Below are positions 46,573 through 58,155 of a stretch of DNA of 64,000 nucleotides, one piece after another. This stretch comes from Escherichia coli. Its GTDB lineage: Bacteria; Pseudomonadota; Gammaproteobacteria; Enterobacterales; Enterobacteriaceae. A program made the position numbers and the translations under genes. The notes under the pieces were generated by a model. The model was given only the letters and a program-made list of their open reading frames with translations. It was not told the DNA's origin and made no database searches. The stretch lies in assembly GCF_003334765.1 (NCBI RefSeq), contig NZ_QOWT01000001.1. One strand, 5' to 3'. The stretch's first letter is position 1, and every line of letters begins with the position of its first letter.

Positions 46573-49500
46573 CTATCCCCAATCCAGCCCTTGTGGCGAA
46601 CTTGAAAATCCCGCCTCACGCAGCAGCGTAAACATCGGCGTTTGCCGGACCGGTAGATCATTCACTTCTGTTAGCGTAAAGCGCAGCCGTGGTTCGCGAC
46701 GCAGTGCGGTAGTCAGCGCGTGGAAAACCTCTGGGGCGAGTAATTCCTCTTTTTCCTGCCAGACCAGCATTTTTTTGCCACCTTGCGCCAGATAGAGTAA
46801 CAATTTGCCGCCAGAAACGACCACCAGCGCACCCGCCCGACGCGTTGGAACCAGCGTTGCCGGATGTGCAGGCCAGGGCAGAAGATTTCCCCACACATTA
46901 GCCGGATCGTTGGCAGAGAGCGCCACTGGTGTATAGTGGCGCGTTTGCGTGGCTTGTGTCGCCAGATCGCGCAATCGGTCAATAGTCAGACGTTCAGCGA
47001 ATTGCGCGCCACCCAGACCTTCTACAAAACGACCTCGCATAATTCGCCCGGAGTCTTCCATACTTCGACAAAGCGTTTGCATCGATGGAAACCCGCCAGG
47101 GATATTTTCGGCTATCACCGCCTGACGACTGATGATGCCGTAGCGGTCGAGCATATTTTCCGCCAGCGCCAGCATCCTTTCGGTATCGTTTAGTGGCTCC
47201 ACCTGCAATAACGACCAGCGTCCAGCCAGATTTGGTGTGTTGTAAGATACCCGCGGCGAGACGGGTTGCGCATAGACAGGACGTCCACGACGAGCCCGGT
47301 GACTGCGGCGAGTTGAGGTGCGTGCGTTGGAACTGCTGCGGGTGAGGGCGCGTAACGGTGCCCAAATGTCGCTGGTGATGACGCCTTGCCAGACCAGCGC
47401 CCATAACGCCTCTTGCAGGGCAGAGAGATCAACCGATTCGCCGATTTTGTCGCGTATCCGTTGGCTGATTTGTTGTGCAAACCAGGCTCCTCCGTCAGCC
47501 AGAACAGCGACTATCGCTTGTTGCAGCGCCGAACGATTCGCCTGATCCGCTTCGGCGGGAGTGAACGATTCTGCAGCATATTCCTGTAGATGCAGTGCCA
47601 CCAGGCCGTCATCTTCACCCAGTTTTTTTTGCCCCGACCAGATAACCGCACCGGTTGCCAGTAATTCATCGAGCATTTCTGACGAATAGTCGCGTACGCG
47701 GGCAGGCAGGATCTGGCTTTCCCAGAGTGAGGCGGGTAAACCGACTCCGGCAAGCTGTTCGATCACCCGCATCACGCCATCTACGCCCTCATAAACGCCT
47801 GGCGATGTTGAGGCAAAGAGCGCCGGGCTACCATCGGTGGCGGGTAATACGCCCTGACGTTCCAGCAGCAATCGCGCATAGGTCGTGGCTGCAACGGGAC
47901 GCGTCGCTTCTCTGGCGGCTTGCAGCGAGCGCAAACGCAGACGACGAAATACTTCATCGCTCACCCAGATGTCTTGTTGCAGATTCATCACCAGACCCTG
48001 TTCACGCAGTTGCTGAAGCTGCTCTTCGACAATGGCAATACCGAGACTAAACTCATGAGCCAGTTGTTCAGCCGTGACCAGAGCATGAGCCCGGAGATAG
48101 CGCAGAAAGAGGTCGCGAAGCGGGTAACTGACTCTATGTAAATAAATCTCTGGCAATGACTCTGGTAGTCGTACGCCGAGGGCATCACGCAGCCTGGCGG
48201 CATCATCCATACAGGCAAGACGCTCCTGTCCGCTAATCATCGCTGGGAAGATTCGTTTTACTGCAAGAAGATTTTCCAGATACGACGCAACCTCTTCACT
48301 GCTGCCTGTATGCCGTTGCGCCAGGTCTTCAACGGTCATTGGCCCCAGTTCGCGCAGCAGGTCGAACAATCCTTCTTCACCTTTCGCTCTTCTGCCAGGA
48401 GCCAGTCGTTGCAACTCTTCTTCCACCTGGCGAATGACCTGCGGGTCGAGTAATTCCCCCGGATCGACCTGTCCGAGTAGATTGCGCAGTAACTCGCTGT
48501 CCAGCGACAGTACGGATGCCCGGCGCTCTGCCAGCGGGGCGTCGCTCTGGTACATAAATTCCGCGACATAGCCGAACAATAAACTTGTGGCGAAAGGCGA
48601 GGGCGTAGTGGTCGTTACATCGGATATTTGAATTTCGCCACCGTTCAGGCGACGCATCAAACGTTCCAGTGCGGGAAGATCATAAACATCTTGCAGACAT
48701 TCGCGTAGGGTTTCGAGAATGACCGGAAAATCCGGATATCCCTGAGCGATTTCCAGCAACTGACTGGCGCGCAGCCGTTGTTGCCAAAGCGGGGTGCGAT
48801 GGCCCGGAGTGCGCCCCGGCATTAATAATGCCCGCGCGGCGCATTCGCGAAAACGGGCGGCGAAAAGTGCCGAGCTGCCTACCGCCTCGCGGACAATTTG
48901 CAGCAACTTTTCTGGTTCAAACAAAAAAATCGCGGCATCGGGCAATTTACCATCGGTGTCAGGAATACGTGCAACAATGCCGTCATCACTGGCGACCACC
49001 GACGCGTCAGCGCCCCATAGCGCATGTATTCGCCCGGCAATCGCCACCGCCCAGGGTTCATGCACCCGTCTTCCATAGGGAGAGTGCAAAATAATACGCC
49101 AGTCACCAATTTCATCACGGCACCGTTCGAGGACCAGATGGCGACTCCCCGGAACGATGCCCGTCGCGTTGCGCTGCTCCTCAATCAACCCCTGAATATT
49201 GGCGATCGTATTTTCTTCTGCCAGCCACGGGGGAATAGTCCCGGAAAAGAACGCGCCATCCGCCAGCAAATGAAGAAAATCGCCGATCATCTCGCCTAAT
49301 TCAGCCGGACGTCCGTTACCTTCACCACGCCAGAAGGGGAGCCGGGCAGAACGACCCGGAGCAGGAGTCACAATCACCTGATCGCGGGTGATTTGCTGGA
49401 TCCGCCATGAGGTAGCGCCGAGAGTGATAATATCGTTCACCCGCGACTCATATACCATCTCCTCATCCAGTTCACCCACCCGCCGCGAACCGGCCTTTTC

Positions 49501-51189
49501 TTCACCTTCGGGTAATAACACGCTATACATGCCACGATCCGGAATGGTGCCGCCGCTGGTAACCGCCAACAATTGAGCGCCAGGTCGGGCGGTCAATATC
49601 CCGGTCTCCCTGTTCCAGACCAGTTTGGGGCGAAAAGCAGAAAAATCGCCAGAGGGATAGCGCCCGGAAAGCATATCCAGCGTGGCGTCAAAAACACGTC
49701 TTGGCAGATCTTTCCACGGTGCGGCACGGCGTACGCGGGAGTACCATTCGTCTACCTGTAATGCATCCATCGCCGCGGCGGCAACGGTTTGCTGCGCAAG
49801 GACGTCGAGAGGATTATGCGGTGGTGTCAGGTTTTCCAGCCTGCCTGCGAACATACACTCTACAATGACTGCGGAATCGACTAAATCACGCCGGGTACGG
49901 GGGAAAAACAGCCCTTTAGATACACCGCCAACCTGATGTCCGGCGCGACCAATGCGTTGTAACCCACTGGCAACAGAAAGCGGCGTTGCCACCTGAATCA
50001 CCAGATCCACCGCGCCCATATCAATCCCCAGTTCAAGACTGGAGGTTGCGACCACGCAGCGTAATTCACCCGATTTCAGCGCCTGTTCGGTGATTGCTCG
50101 TTGTTCTTTAGAGACGGAGCCGTGGTGTGAGCGGGCAATAAAAACGTCGCTACTTTGTACACGGTTAGAGGTTGCGCCGGAGGTCGACTCGAAATGGGCC
50201 GCATCAACGGCGATAGACGGGGAACGCTGTAAGCGTGCGGCGTAAAGCTCATTTAATCGTGCCGTCAGTTTTTCCGCCAGCCCCCGCGAATTAGTAAAGA
50301 CAATGGTCGAGCGATGGCGCAACACTTCATCAAGGATACCCGTTTCAATATATGGCCAGATGGAGCCTTCCCGGCCGGCATGGCTGTCTTCGCCGGTGCC
50401 GCTGGCGACCGATGAGACATCATCCATATTGGCGACCGGTACGACAATTCGTATCTGCGGATGGCGCATTGCGGGCGGGTTGACTACCGTAACCGGGCGA
50501 TCGCCACCAAGAAATGCTGCCACATCGCTGGCTGAGCGCACAGTGGCAGAAAGGCCAATTCGCTGTGCTGAGGTGTGGAGCAGCGCATCGAGCCGCTCCA
50601 GACTTAACGCCAGATGCGCACCACGTTTACTGCCCGCTACCGCGTGGACTTCATCAATAATTACCGTTTCGACGCCGCGTAGCGTTTCGCGCGCGCGGGA
50701 GGTCAGCATCAGATAGAGTGATTCGGGTGTGGTGATCAGAATATCCGGCGGATTACGGGTGAGTTTGCTGCGTTCCTGTGCAGGCGTATCGCCAGTACGG
50801 ATCCCTACGCGAAGATTGACTTCCGTTTCGCCGCGCCGCCGCCGTTCATCGGCAATACCCTTCAACGGGATCTGCAAGTTGCGCTGAACGTCGGTGCCCA
50901 GGGCTTTTATCGGTGAAATATAGAGGATGCGTGAGGTTTTACGCTTATGCGCCTCGCGGGTATCTTCGCCGCCTTCGCGGAAGAGCCGATCGAGGGCGTA
51001 GAGAAATGCTGCCAGCGTTTTCCCGGAGCCGGTCGGTGCAATCACCAGCGCATGTTCGCTTCGCGCCGCCACATGCCAGGTTTGCGGCTGGACAGCGGTC
51101 GGCTGTTTAAAGGCGCGAAGAAACCAGTCGCGGGTCGCCGGTGAAAACACGTCCGGCAGGAGCGATGAAGGGTCTGGATTATCTGCCAT
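46573..51189 (-). CDS. lhr: Lhr, large ATP-dependent superfamily-2 helicase
   Basis: 1538-aa ORF with helicase motifs (Walker A APTGSGKT, DEVH box, helicase C) and a long C-terminal extension. Confidence 0.93.
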   Translation of the reverse strand: MADNPDPSSLLPDVFSPATRDWFLRAFKQPTAVQPQTWHVAARSEHALVIAPTGSGKTLAAFLYALDRLFREGGEDTREAHKRKTSRILYISPIKALGTDVQRNLQIPLKGIADERRRRGETEVNLRVGIRTGDTPAQERSKLTRNPPDILITTPESLYLMLTSRARETLRGVETVIIDEVHAVAGSKRGAHLALSLERLDALLHTSAQRIGLSATVRSASDVAAFLGGDRPVTVVNPPAMRHPQIRIVVPVANMDDVSSVASGTGEDSHAGREGSIWPYIETGILDEVLRHRSTIVFTNSRGLAEKLTARLNELYAARLQRSPSIAVDAAHFESTSGATSNRVQSSDVFIARSHHGSVSKEQRAITEQALKSGELRCVVATSSLELGIDMGAVDLVIQVATPLSVASGLQRIGRAGHQVGGVSKGLFFPRTRRDLVDSAVIVECMFAGRLENLTPPHNPLDVLAQQTVAAAAMDALQVDEWYSRVRRAAPWKDLPRRVFDATLDMLSGRYPSGDFSAFRPKLVWNRETGILTARPGAQLLAVTSGGTIPDRGMYSVLLPEGEEKAGSRRVGELDEEMVYESRVNDIITLGATSWRIQQITRDQVIVTPAPGRSARLPFWRGEGNGRPAELGEMIGDFLHLLADGAFFSGTIPPWLAEENTIANIQGLIEEQRNATGIVPGSRHLVLERCRDEIGDWRIILHSPYGRRVHEPWAVAIAGRIHALWGADASVVASDDGIVARIPDTDGKLPDAAIFLFEPEKLLQIVREAVGSSALFAARFRECAARALLMPGRTPGHRTPLWQQRLRASQLLEIAQGYPDFPVILETLRECLQDVYDLPALERLMRRLNGGEIQISDVTTTTPSPFATSLLFGYVAEFMYQSDAPLAERRASVLSLDSELLRNLLGQVDPGELLDPQVIRQVEEELQRLAPGRRAKGEEGLFDLLRELGPMTVEDLAQRHTGSSEEVASYLENLLAVKRIFPAMISGQERLACMDDAARLRDALGVRLPESLPEIYLHRVSYPLRDLFLRYLRAHALVTAEQLAHEFSLGIAIVEEQLQQLREQGLVMNLQQDIWVSDEVFRRLRLRSLQAAREATRPVAATTYARLLLERQGVLPATDGSPALFASTSPGVYEGVDGVMRVIEQLAGVGLPASLWESQILPARVRDYSSEMLDELLATGAVIWSGQKKLGEDDGLVALHLQEYAAESFTPAEADQANRSALQQAIVAVLADGGAWFAQQISQRIRDKIGESVDLSALQEALWALVWQGVITSDIWAPLRALTRSSSNARTSTRRSHRARRGRPVYAQPVSPRVSYNTPNLAGRWSLLQVEPLNDTERMLALAENMLDRYGIISRQAVIAENIPGGFPSMQTLCRSMEDSGRIMRGRFVEGLGGAQFAERLTIDRLRDLATQATQTRHYTPVALSANDPANVWGNLLPWPAHPATLVPTRRAGALVVVSGGKLLLYLAQGGKKMLVWQEKEELLAPEVFHALTTALRREPRLRFTLTEVNDLPVRQTPMFTLLREAGFSSSPQGLDWG

Positions 51190-51281
51190 TAACGCTATTC
51201 CCCGTGAATATCATGCAGGATGCGTGGAATAGCCTCACTATAGATGCCTGAATCATTGCATGTCATCAGGCATCGACTCGA

Positions 51282-51929
51282 TTACACCTCTTCGGCGGCA
51301 GATAGCGGCCAGCCTCCCAGACGTTTCCAGCGGTTGACGATTTCACAAAACAGCACAGCAGTGCGTTCGGTGTCGTACAGCGCGGAGTGCGCCTGGGTGC
51401 TGTCGAAGTCCATGCCAGCGGTCTGGCAAGCCTTTGACAATACGGTTTGTCCGAGTGCCAGCCCGGCCAGTGCAGCAGTGTCAAAAGTGGCGAAAGGGTG
51501 GAACGGGTTACGTTTCAGTGAGGCGCGTTCTGCGGCGGCCATCATAAAGCTGTGATCAAAATTGGCATTGTGCGCCACCATAATGGCGCGGTTACAGCCG
51601 CTCGCTTTAATACCTTTACGTACAACTTTAAAAATTTCGTGCAGCGCCTCGTATTCGCTGACCGCGCCGCGATCGGGATCGTTCGGGTCAATGCCGTTGA
51701 AGGCGAGGGCTTCTGGTTGCAAATTTGCGCCGACAAATGGTTCGACGTGGAAATGTAATGTGGTGTCCGGCATCAGCCAGCCTTGTTCATCCATTTTCAG
51801 GGTGATGGCGGCAATCTCAAGCAGCGCATCGGTTTTGGCGTTAAATCCGGCTGTTTCAACATCGATCACAACAGGATAAAAACCACGAAAACGGTCGCAC
51901 AGACCGGTAAGTTGAGCGTTATCGGACAT
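51282..51929 (-). CDS. rnt: Ribonuclease T (DEDDh 3'-5' exoribonuclease)
   Basis: 215-aa [44 protein letters not shown]… with the DEDD motif. Confidence 0.95.
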   Translation of the reverse strand: MSDNAQLTGLCDRFRGFYPVVIDVETAGFNAKTDALLEIAAITLKMDEQGWLMPDTTLHFHVEPFVGANLQPEALAFNGIDPNDPDRGAVSEYEALHEIFKVVRKGIKASGCNRAIMVAHNANFDHSFMMAAAERASLKRNPFHPFATFDTAALAGLALGQTVLSKACQTAGMDFDSTQAHSALYDTERTAVLFCEIVNRWKRLGGWPLSAAEEV

Positions 51930-52031
51930 CTGATTCTCTTAATACGGATAAATTGCAGCGCGCATTATGACAAATATTACTTGTCGATGCAGTAAAGATG
52001 CGGGCGCGATGAGTTCACGCCCGGCAGGAGA

Positions 52032-52439
52032 TTAGTTGCCCAGACCGCGACCGGCGTCTTTCTCTTCGATTAACTCAATTTTGTAACCGTCCGGATCTTC
52101 CACAAACGCGATAACCGTAGTACCGCCTTTTACCGGACCCGCTTCACGGGTCACGTTACCCCCGTTTTGACGGATTTTTTCGCACGCTTCAGCGGCGTTA
52201 TCTACGCTAAGCGCGATGTGACCATAAGCAGTGCCGAGTTCGTATTTATCCACGCCCCAGTTGTAGGTCAGTTCAATCACCGCTTCTTCGGTTTCCGGGC
52301 CGTAGCCAACAAACGCCAGTGAGTATTTGTATTCCGGGTTTTCGCTGGTACGCAGCAGTTTCATGCCCAGCACTTTGGTATAAAAATCGATGGAGCGTTG
52401 CAAATCGCCAACGCGCAGCATGGTATGAAGAAGACGCAT
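52032..52439 (-). CDS. gloA: Glyoxalase I (lactoylglutathione lyase)
   Basis: 135-aa [50 protein letters not shown]…. Confidence 0.95.
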
Positions 52440-52519
52440 CTTTTTATCCTCAAAATGGCTAACAGATTCAAAATGTTGTTTTAGTATAGCGGCGGCTTTA
52501 CGCCGCTCGCAATGTTGGA

Positions 52520-53617
52520 TTACAACGTCGGGTAATCGGTATAGCCTTCCGCGCCGCCACCGTAGAAACTTTCGGCACGCTGTGGGTTAAGCTCAGCTTT
52601 GCGCTGCAAGCGGGCGACCAGATCCGGGTTCGCAATCCAGTCACGACCAAATGCCACCGCATCAATTAACCCTTTGCCGATCAGCGTTTCAGCTTTTTCT
52701 ACTGTGTATGCACCTGCGCCGATAATCGGACCGTGGAAACGGGCGCGTACTTTTTCGCGGAACGCATCAGTATACGGTTCACCCCCCGCCCAATCTGGTT
52801 CTGACATATGCAGATAAGCAATGCCGCGTTTACCCAGTTGTTCAATCAGATACAGTGCATCGGCTTCTTCATTCGGGCCGTTATCTGTGTTCTGGAAAGT
52901 ACCGATTGGTGAAACGCGAATGCCAATGCGATCGGCACCCCATTCTTCAATCCCGGCATCGACCACTTCCAGTACCAAACGTGCGCGATTTTCCACGCTG
53001 CCGCCGTACTGATCGGTACGATGGTTTGAAGAAGGAGAAAGGAACTGATGCAGCAAATAACCGTGAGCAGAGTGGAGCTCTACCAGATCAAAACCGGCTT
53101 CACGCGCGTTAGCAATGGCCTGACGGAAATCATTGACGATACCTGGAATCTCTTCCAGTTCAAGCGCACGCGGCATGGATGTTTCAACACGGATCGCCTG
53201 ACCATTTTCATCGCGCAGAGAAGTACGTGTTCCCGCGCTAAGTGCTGAAGGCGCTACCGGTGCCTGACCGCCAGGTTGCAGGCTGGCGTGAGAAATGCGT
53301 CCGGTGTGCCACAGCTGCACGGCCATATGACCATTTTCAGCATGAACGCCAGCGGTGATTTTTTTCCATGCGGCAATTTGCTCCGGACTATGGATGCCAG
53401 GCGCACCTGCATATCCTTTTGCCTGGGCAGAAATTTGCGTGGCTTCACTAATAATCAAACCGGCACTGGCACGTTGGCGATAGTATTCCGCCATCAACGG
53501 GGTAGGAATGTCACCCGGTTCAATACTGCGCAGACGCGTCAGCGGTGCCATAAAAATACGGTTTGCCGCCGTGATCGCGCCCACTTTCAGTGGGGAATAC
53601 AGTTTTTCAGATGACAT
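52520..53617 (-). CDS. nemA: N-ethylmaleimide reductase (Old Yellow Enzyme family, FMN)
   Basis: 365-aa [31 protein letters not shown]…, OYE-like. Confidence 0.93.
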
Positions 53618-53653
53618 AAAGGCTCCCGGTCGTCTGGTGATAAAAAATGCCTG

Positions 53654-54253
53654 CTAAACGGCAGGCGTCGCAATAATGTTTTTTACATGGGCCAGCGCGT
53701 TTTCCAGTGGCTCGAAACTGCGCGAAATTTTGGCCTGCAGATTCGCGCCAAGCCACAGTGCGTAAAGCACTTGTGCCTGTTGCAGCGGTTCGCCACAAAA
53801 GGTTAAACAATGGTTCTCACGGCCATTTTCCAGCGCCTGAGAGAGCAGGGCGATCACGCCGCGAGCACCTTTATCCATCGCGCTGCGCATATCTTCTGAC
53901 AGATCGCACACTTCGGCAGAGAGTTTTACTGTCAGGCAACCACTGATGGTTCCATGTTGGCAAAACTGGTTCAGTGTTTGCTGGTAATAAGCCAGTATGC
54001 GGTCGCGGTAGTTACCTTCGCCGGATTGCAGCAACTCAGTCAGTCGCTGGTGATATGCGGCGTAATGACGCTCAAGCATGGCAACGCCAAACGCTTCTTT
54101 AGAGCGAAAGTAGTGATAGAAGGACCCTTTCGGCACTTCAGCGGTTTTTAGTAATTCGCTTAGCCCCATCCCGGTGAATCCACGTTGCAGGCAAAGTTGC
54201 TCGCCCGTCGCCAGGAGATGTTCGCGAGTATCATGTTCGGTGTGTTTGTTCAT
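53654..54253 (-). CDS. nemR: TetR-family electrophile-sensing repressor
   Basis: 199-aa ORF with an N-terminal TetR HTH, directly upstream of nemA. Confidence 0.9.
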   Translation of the reverse strand: MNKHTEHDTREHLLATGEQLCLQRGFTGMGLSELLKTAEVPKGSFYHYFRSKEAFGVAMLERHYAAYHQRLTELLQSGEGNYRDRILAYYQQTLNQFCQHGTISGCLTVKLSAEVCDLSEDMRSAMDKGARGVIALLSQALENGRENHCLTFCGEPLQQAQVLYALWLGANLQAKISRSFEPLENALAHVKNIIATPAV

Positions 54254-54257
54254 GCGT

Positions 54258-54273
54258 TGGAGTGTAGTAGACC
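54258..54273. promoter_or_regulatory. Putative NemR operator
   Basis: TAGACCAGTCGGTCTA (inverted TAGACC half-sites) 5 bp upstream of the nemR start codon, as expected for an autoregulated TetR-type repressor. Confidence 0.5.
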
Positions 54274-54355
54274 AGTCGGTCTAGTGCAAGCAAAGTTGCT
54301 ACTTTGGACATTAACAGCTTCAATAATGGTAATAATCTTATCTGAGGAGGGCGAA

Positions 54356-54595
54356 GTGGCGGAGCAATTAGAGTTCTTTCCCGTCCAGAGCCCGTGCCGG
54401 GGAATTTGCCAGTCTGACGAACGCGGGTTTTGTCGCGGCTGTTTTCGTAGTCGTGATGAGCGTTTTAACTGGAATAAAATGAGCGATGGCGAAAAACAAG
54501 AGGTGCTGCGCCTTTGTCGGCAGCGATTAATGCGCAAATTACGCGCAAATAAGCCAGCGTCATCAGACGAACCGGAGCAACCATCACTCTTTTGA
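54356..54595 (+). CDS. ydhL: DUF1289-type small Cys-rich protein
   Basis: GTG start at 54356 gives (M)AEQLEFFPVQSPCRGICQSDERGFCRGCFRSRDERFNWNKMSDGEKQ… (79 aa); the track ORF begins at a distant upstream Met. Confidence 0.7.
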   Translation: MAEQLEFFPVQSPCRGICQSDERGFCRGCFRSRDERFNWNKMSDGEKQEVLRLCRQRLMRKLRANKPASSDEPEQPSLF

Positions 54596-54643
54596 ACCTA
54601 ATCTTGCGTATACTCCTCTCATATCTGATAAGAGGAAGCGATT

Positions 54644-55540
54644 ATGGTTCAGCGTATTACTATTGCGCCGCAAGGCCCGGAGTTTTCCCGTTTTGTGATG
54701 GGCTACTGGCGATTGATGGACTGGAATATGTCCGCCCGCCAGCTGGTCAGTTTTATTGAAGAGCATCTGGATCTCGGCGTGACCACCGTGGACCATGCTG
54801 ATATTTATGGTGGCTATCAGTGCGAAGCGGCGTTTGGCGAGGCACTGAAACTGGCACCTCACCTGCGTGAACGGATGGAAATCGTCAGTAAATGCGGTAT
54901 CGCGACGACCGCGCGTGAAGAAAACGTCATTGGTCATTACATCACTGACCGCGATCACATCATTAAGAGCGCCGAACAGTCGCTAATTAATCTCGCGACC
55001 GATCATCTGGATTTGCTGTTAATCCACCGACCAGACCCGTTAATGGATGCCGATGAAGTGGCGGACGCGTTCAAACATCTGCATCAGAGCGGCAAAGTGC
55101 GTCATTTTGGCGTATCGAACTTTACGCCTGCGCAATTTGCCCTGTTGCAATCACGTCTGCCGTTTACCCTTGCCACTAATCAGGTGGAAATATCCCCGGT
55201 GCATCAGCCGTTACTGCTGGATGGCACGCTCGACCAACTACAACAACTGCGTGTTCGTCCGATGGCGTGGTCCTGCCTTGGTGGTGGTCGTCTGTTTAAT
55301 GATGATTATTTCCAGCCGCTGCGTGATGAACTGGCTGTGGTGGCAGAGGAGTTAAACGCGGGCTCGATTGAACAGGTGGTTTACGCCTGGGTATTACGTT
55401 TACCATCGCAGCCGCTGCCAATTATCGGTTCAGGTAAAATTGAGCGCGTACGGGCAGCTGTCGAAGCAGAAACACTGAAAATGACCCGTCAACAATGGTT
55501 TCGTATCCGTAAAGCGGCACTGGGGTACGACGTACCGTAA
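54644..55540 (+). CDS. ydhF: Aldo-keto reductase family oxidoreductase
   Basis: 298-aa ORF MVQRITIAPQGPEFSRFVMGYWRLMDW…. Confidence 0.88.
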   Translation: MVQRITIAPQGPEFSRFVMGYWRLMDWNMSARQLVSFIEEHLDLGVTTVDHADIYGGYQCEAAFGEALKLAPHLRERMEIVSKCGIATTAREENVIGHYITDRDHIIKSAEQSLINLATDHLDLLLIHRPDPLMDADEVADAFKHLHQSGKVRHFGVSNFTPAQFALLQSRLPFTLATNQVEISPVHQPLLLDGTLDQLQQLRVRPMAWSCLGGGRLFNDDYFQPLRDELAVVAEELNAGSIEQVVYAWVLRLPSQPLPIIGSGKIERVRAAVEAETLKMTRQQWFRIRKAALGYDVP

Positions 55541-55620
55541 GCACTTTTAGGAATAGCCGCCGTTCAAAAATGTGTCACTGGTTTACACTTATTCAGGAAT
55601 GCACAATGAACGGAGGTCCT

Positions 55621-56142
55621 ATGAAACGTTTTAGTCTGGCTATTCTGGCGCTGGTTGTTGCAACCGGCGCACAAGCTGCCAGTGAAAAAGTCGAGATGAA
55701 CCTCGTCACGTCGCAAGGGGTAGGGCAGTCAATTGGTAGCGTCACCATTACTGAAACCGATAAAGGTCTGGAGTTTTCGCCCGATCTGAAAGCATTACCC
55801 CCCGGTGAACATGGCTTCCATATTCATGCCAAAGGAAGCTGCCAGCCAGCCACCAAAGATGGCAAAGCCAGCGCCGCGGAATCCGCAGGCGGGCATCTTG
55901 ATCCACAAAATACCGGTAAACATGAAGGGCCAGAAGGTGCCGGGCATTTAGGCGATCTGCCTGCACTGGTCGTCAATAATGACGGCAAAGCTACCGATGC
56001 CGTCATCGCGCCTCGTCTGAAATCACTGGATGAAATCAAAGACAAAGCGCTGATGGTCCACGTTGGCGGCGATAATATGTCCGATCAACCTAAACCGCTG
56101 GGCGGTGGCGGTGAACGCTATGCCTGTGGTGTAATTAAGTAA
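55621..56142 (+). CDS. sodC: Periplasmic Cu,Zn superoxide dismutase
   Basis: ATG at 55621 gives MKRFSLAILALVVATGAQA… (signal peptide) with His-rich Cu/Zn ligand motifs (HGFHIHAKG…); 173 aa. Confidence 0.93.
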   Translation: MKRFSLAILALVVATGAQAASEKVEMNLVTSQGVGQSIGSVTITETDKGLEFSPDLKALPPGEHGFHIHAKGSCQPATKDGKASAAESAGGHLDPQNTGKHEGPEGAGHLGDLPALVVNNDGKATDAVIAPRLKSLDEIKDKALMVHVGGDNMSDQPKPLGGGGERYACGVIK

Positions 56143-58155
56143 TTAAGAGGCCAGCGTACCTTGCGGTGGTGCTTGCTCAAGTTGCGAAAGCGAGCAGTAC
56201 AGCCGCCAGACAATTGCCGCCAGCTCACGGGCGGCAGGTTGATGATGACGGGCAAGGCTGTCGCAAATCCGCTGTAATTCTTCAAGTGTGGCCGCCAGTG
56301 ATTTTTGCTGAACGCCACGCTCACTCATCACTCCCCGCAACAGTGAAATACAGTTATCCCGTACTCGCGATAACGGATCGGAACGCGATTCCCAGTCGCG
56401 CAATTGCCAGACAACATGAGAACAGTTCAGCAGCACTACACCCCAGCGTAATAACCAACGGCGAGCCAGCGCATCCTGGCTGTTACTCAACTGACTGACG
56501 TGATGATAAGTGAGCGATTCAAATTCGCTTTCACTCAGTGTTGGATGGCGGCTTAGCTGATCGACAAAATCCCGGCGCAGCGCGCGAATATGGCGGCGGC
56601 TTTTACGAGCATCCGATCCTGGACGCAGAATGGCGAACGCTAACCACGCCAACGCGACGCCAACGATTTTTGCCAGATTATCGTTAAGAAAATCAGCAAA
56701 ATCATACACCGGGGGATTAGTGACAGCGATAAAAGAACCCATAAAAACAATCAGTTGCCCCCACAATGCGGCAAATTTTGGCATCTGCAATTTAAGAAGC
56801 TGCATTGTCGCCAGCAGTGGAAAGAGAAACAGTAAAAATTGCCACAGATCGCTAATCTGGACCATCAGACCAAATTTGACCACAAAGCTGAATAGCGAAA
56901 GTAACACCAGCGTGCGCATCAGAAGTGACAACGACTTAAACGGTGCTGCGACGGCGGAGTAGAGTACGCAGCTAATTGCTGCCAGCGTTAATGCATTGGC
57001 ACCGGCATCCCATTGCGAAGCAATACTCCATGCGCCAATCATCATCAACGTACAAAATGTACGCAGCCCGCTCCACATAGCTTCGGCGTTATCGGTATGA
57101 CGAGCCAGGCCGGATGTCCGTGGGAGTCTGGTATGATCATCTACACCGCTTTGCAGACGATGTAATTCCTGACTACTTTGCAGATAAAGGCGGCAAAAAT
57201 AACGTAGTCGCTGCCAGAAGGCGACGTGCCGATAGTCGGCGACGTTGGTCGGGCGTAGCGGGGCGATAATACGTGCGACGGTGTAAACATCTGTTTGCGA
57301 ACTGGCGAGCGCCGTCAGCAACTGTTCGAGAATTTCTCGTGTGGCACCTGGCGGTGAGGGCCAGTTGAGCAACATACGTCGCAGGCTGGAGATGACACTG
57401 GTCATACGTAATTGCTGGTGGAGCAGCGCATTAAGGCGCGCGTTTTGCTGGCGAAAACGATAGTGGCTCCAGAAAGCCTGGATACGCAGCAAATTCATGG
57501 TCAGTATCTGCCCAATCACCCCTTCATGTGCTGCACGAATGGCATCGGTTGTTTCAGGCTGCCAGAGTAAACTGGCATGTTCCAGTAATCGGGCGTGCAT
57601 GTTTTTCAATGCGGTTAAAAGGGCAGTAGCATCGGAACTGCTCGGCAGGATCATCATCATCATGCCGCCGCACAAAATACCGACTATTACCTCGCAAACG
57701 CGCGCCTGAGCGATATCCCACAGCTGGCTGGCCTCAGTAATATTAACCATCGGAAAGGCGATGATGGCAGCCGTGTAGCCCGCCAGTTGAAATGCATACG
57801 CGACGTTATTCGTGAAGTGCGCACAGGCCCAGGTACAAAAGCCAAGCCACGCCGACATGCTCAATAGAAAAAACCACGGCTCATTGAGCGTATGCCCGGC
57901 AAGAAGCAGTGCCGCAATGGCTCCGAGCAAACTGCCAGCGATGCGTCCGAGGCTTTTGCTGATAACACCGCCAACGGTGGGAAAGCTAACCACTGCAGCC
58001 GAGGTCATCGCCCAATAGGGTTCATCCAGATTTAAATAATAGGCAACCGTCAGCGCCAGACACATGGCAATGGTATTGCGTAACGCATAACGCCATTGCG
58101 CCAGCGTGGCCCTGAACCAGGGCAAATTGCGCAAGGACCATGACGATGCGTTCAT
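56143..58155 (-). CDS. ydhK: FUSC/AaeB-family membrane efflux protein
   Basis: 670-aa polytopic ORF; its start overlaps the ydhJ stop by 1 nt. Confidence 0.85.
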   Translation of the reverse strand: MNASSWSLRNLPWFRATLAQWRYALRNTIAMCLALTVAYYLNLDEPYWAMTSAAVVSFPTVGGVISKSLGRIAGSLLGAIAALLLAGHTLNEPWFFLLSMSAWLGFCTWACAHFTNNVAYAFQLAGYTAAIIAFPMVNITEASQLWDIAQARVCEVIVGILCGGMMMMILPSSSDATALLTALKNMHARLLEHASLLWQPETTDAIRAAHEGVIGQILTMNLLRIQAFWSHYRFRQQNARLNALLHQQLRMTSVISSLRRMLLNWPSPPGATREILEQLLTALASSQTDVYTVARIIAPLRPTNVADYRHVAFWQRLRYFCRLYLQSSQELHRLQSGVDDHTRLPRTSGLARHTDNAEAMWSGLRTFCTLMMIGAWSIASQWDAGANALTLAAISCVLYSAVAAPFKSLSLLMRTLVLLSLFSFVVKFGLMVQISDLWQFLLFLFPLLATMQLLKLQMPKFAALWGQLIVFMGSFIAVTNPPVYDFADFLNDNLAKIVGVALAWLAFAILRPGSDARKSRRHIRALRRDFVDQLSRHPTLSESEFESLTYHHVSQLSNSQDALARRWLLRWGVVLLNCSHVVWQLRDWESRSDPLSRVRDNCISLLRGVMSERGVQQKSLAATLEELQRICDSLARHHQPAARELAAIVWRLYCSLSQLEQAPPQGTLAS

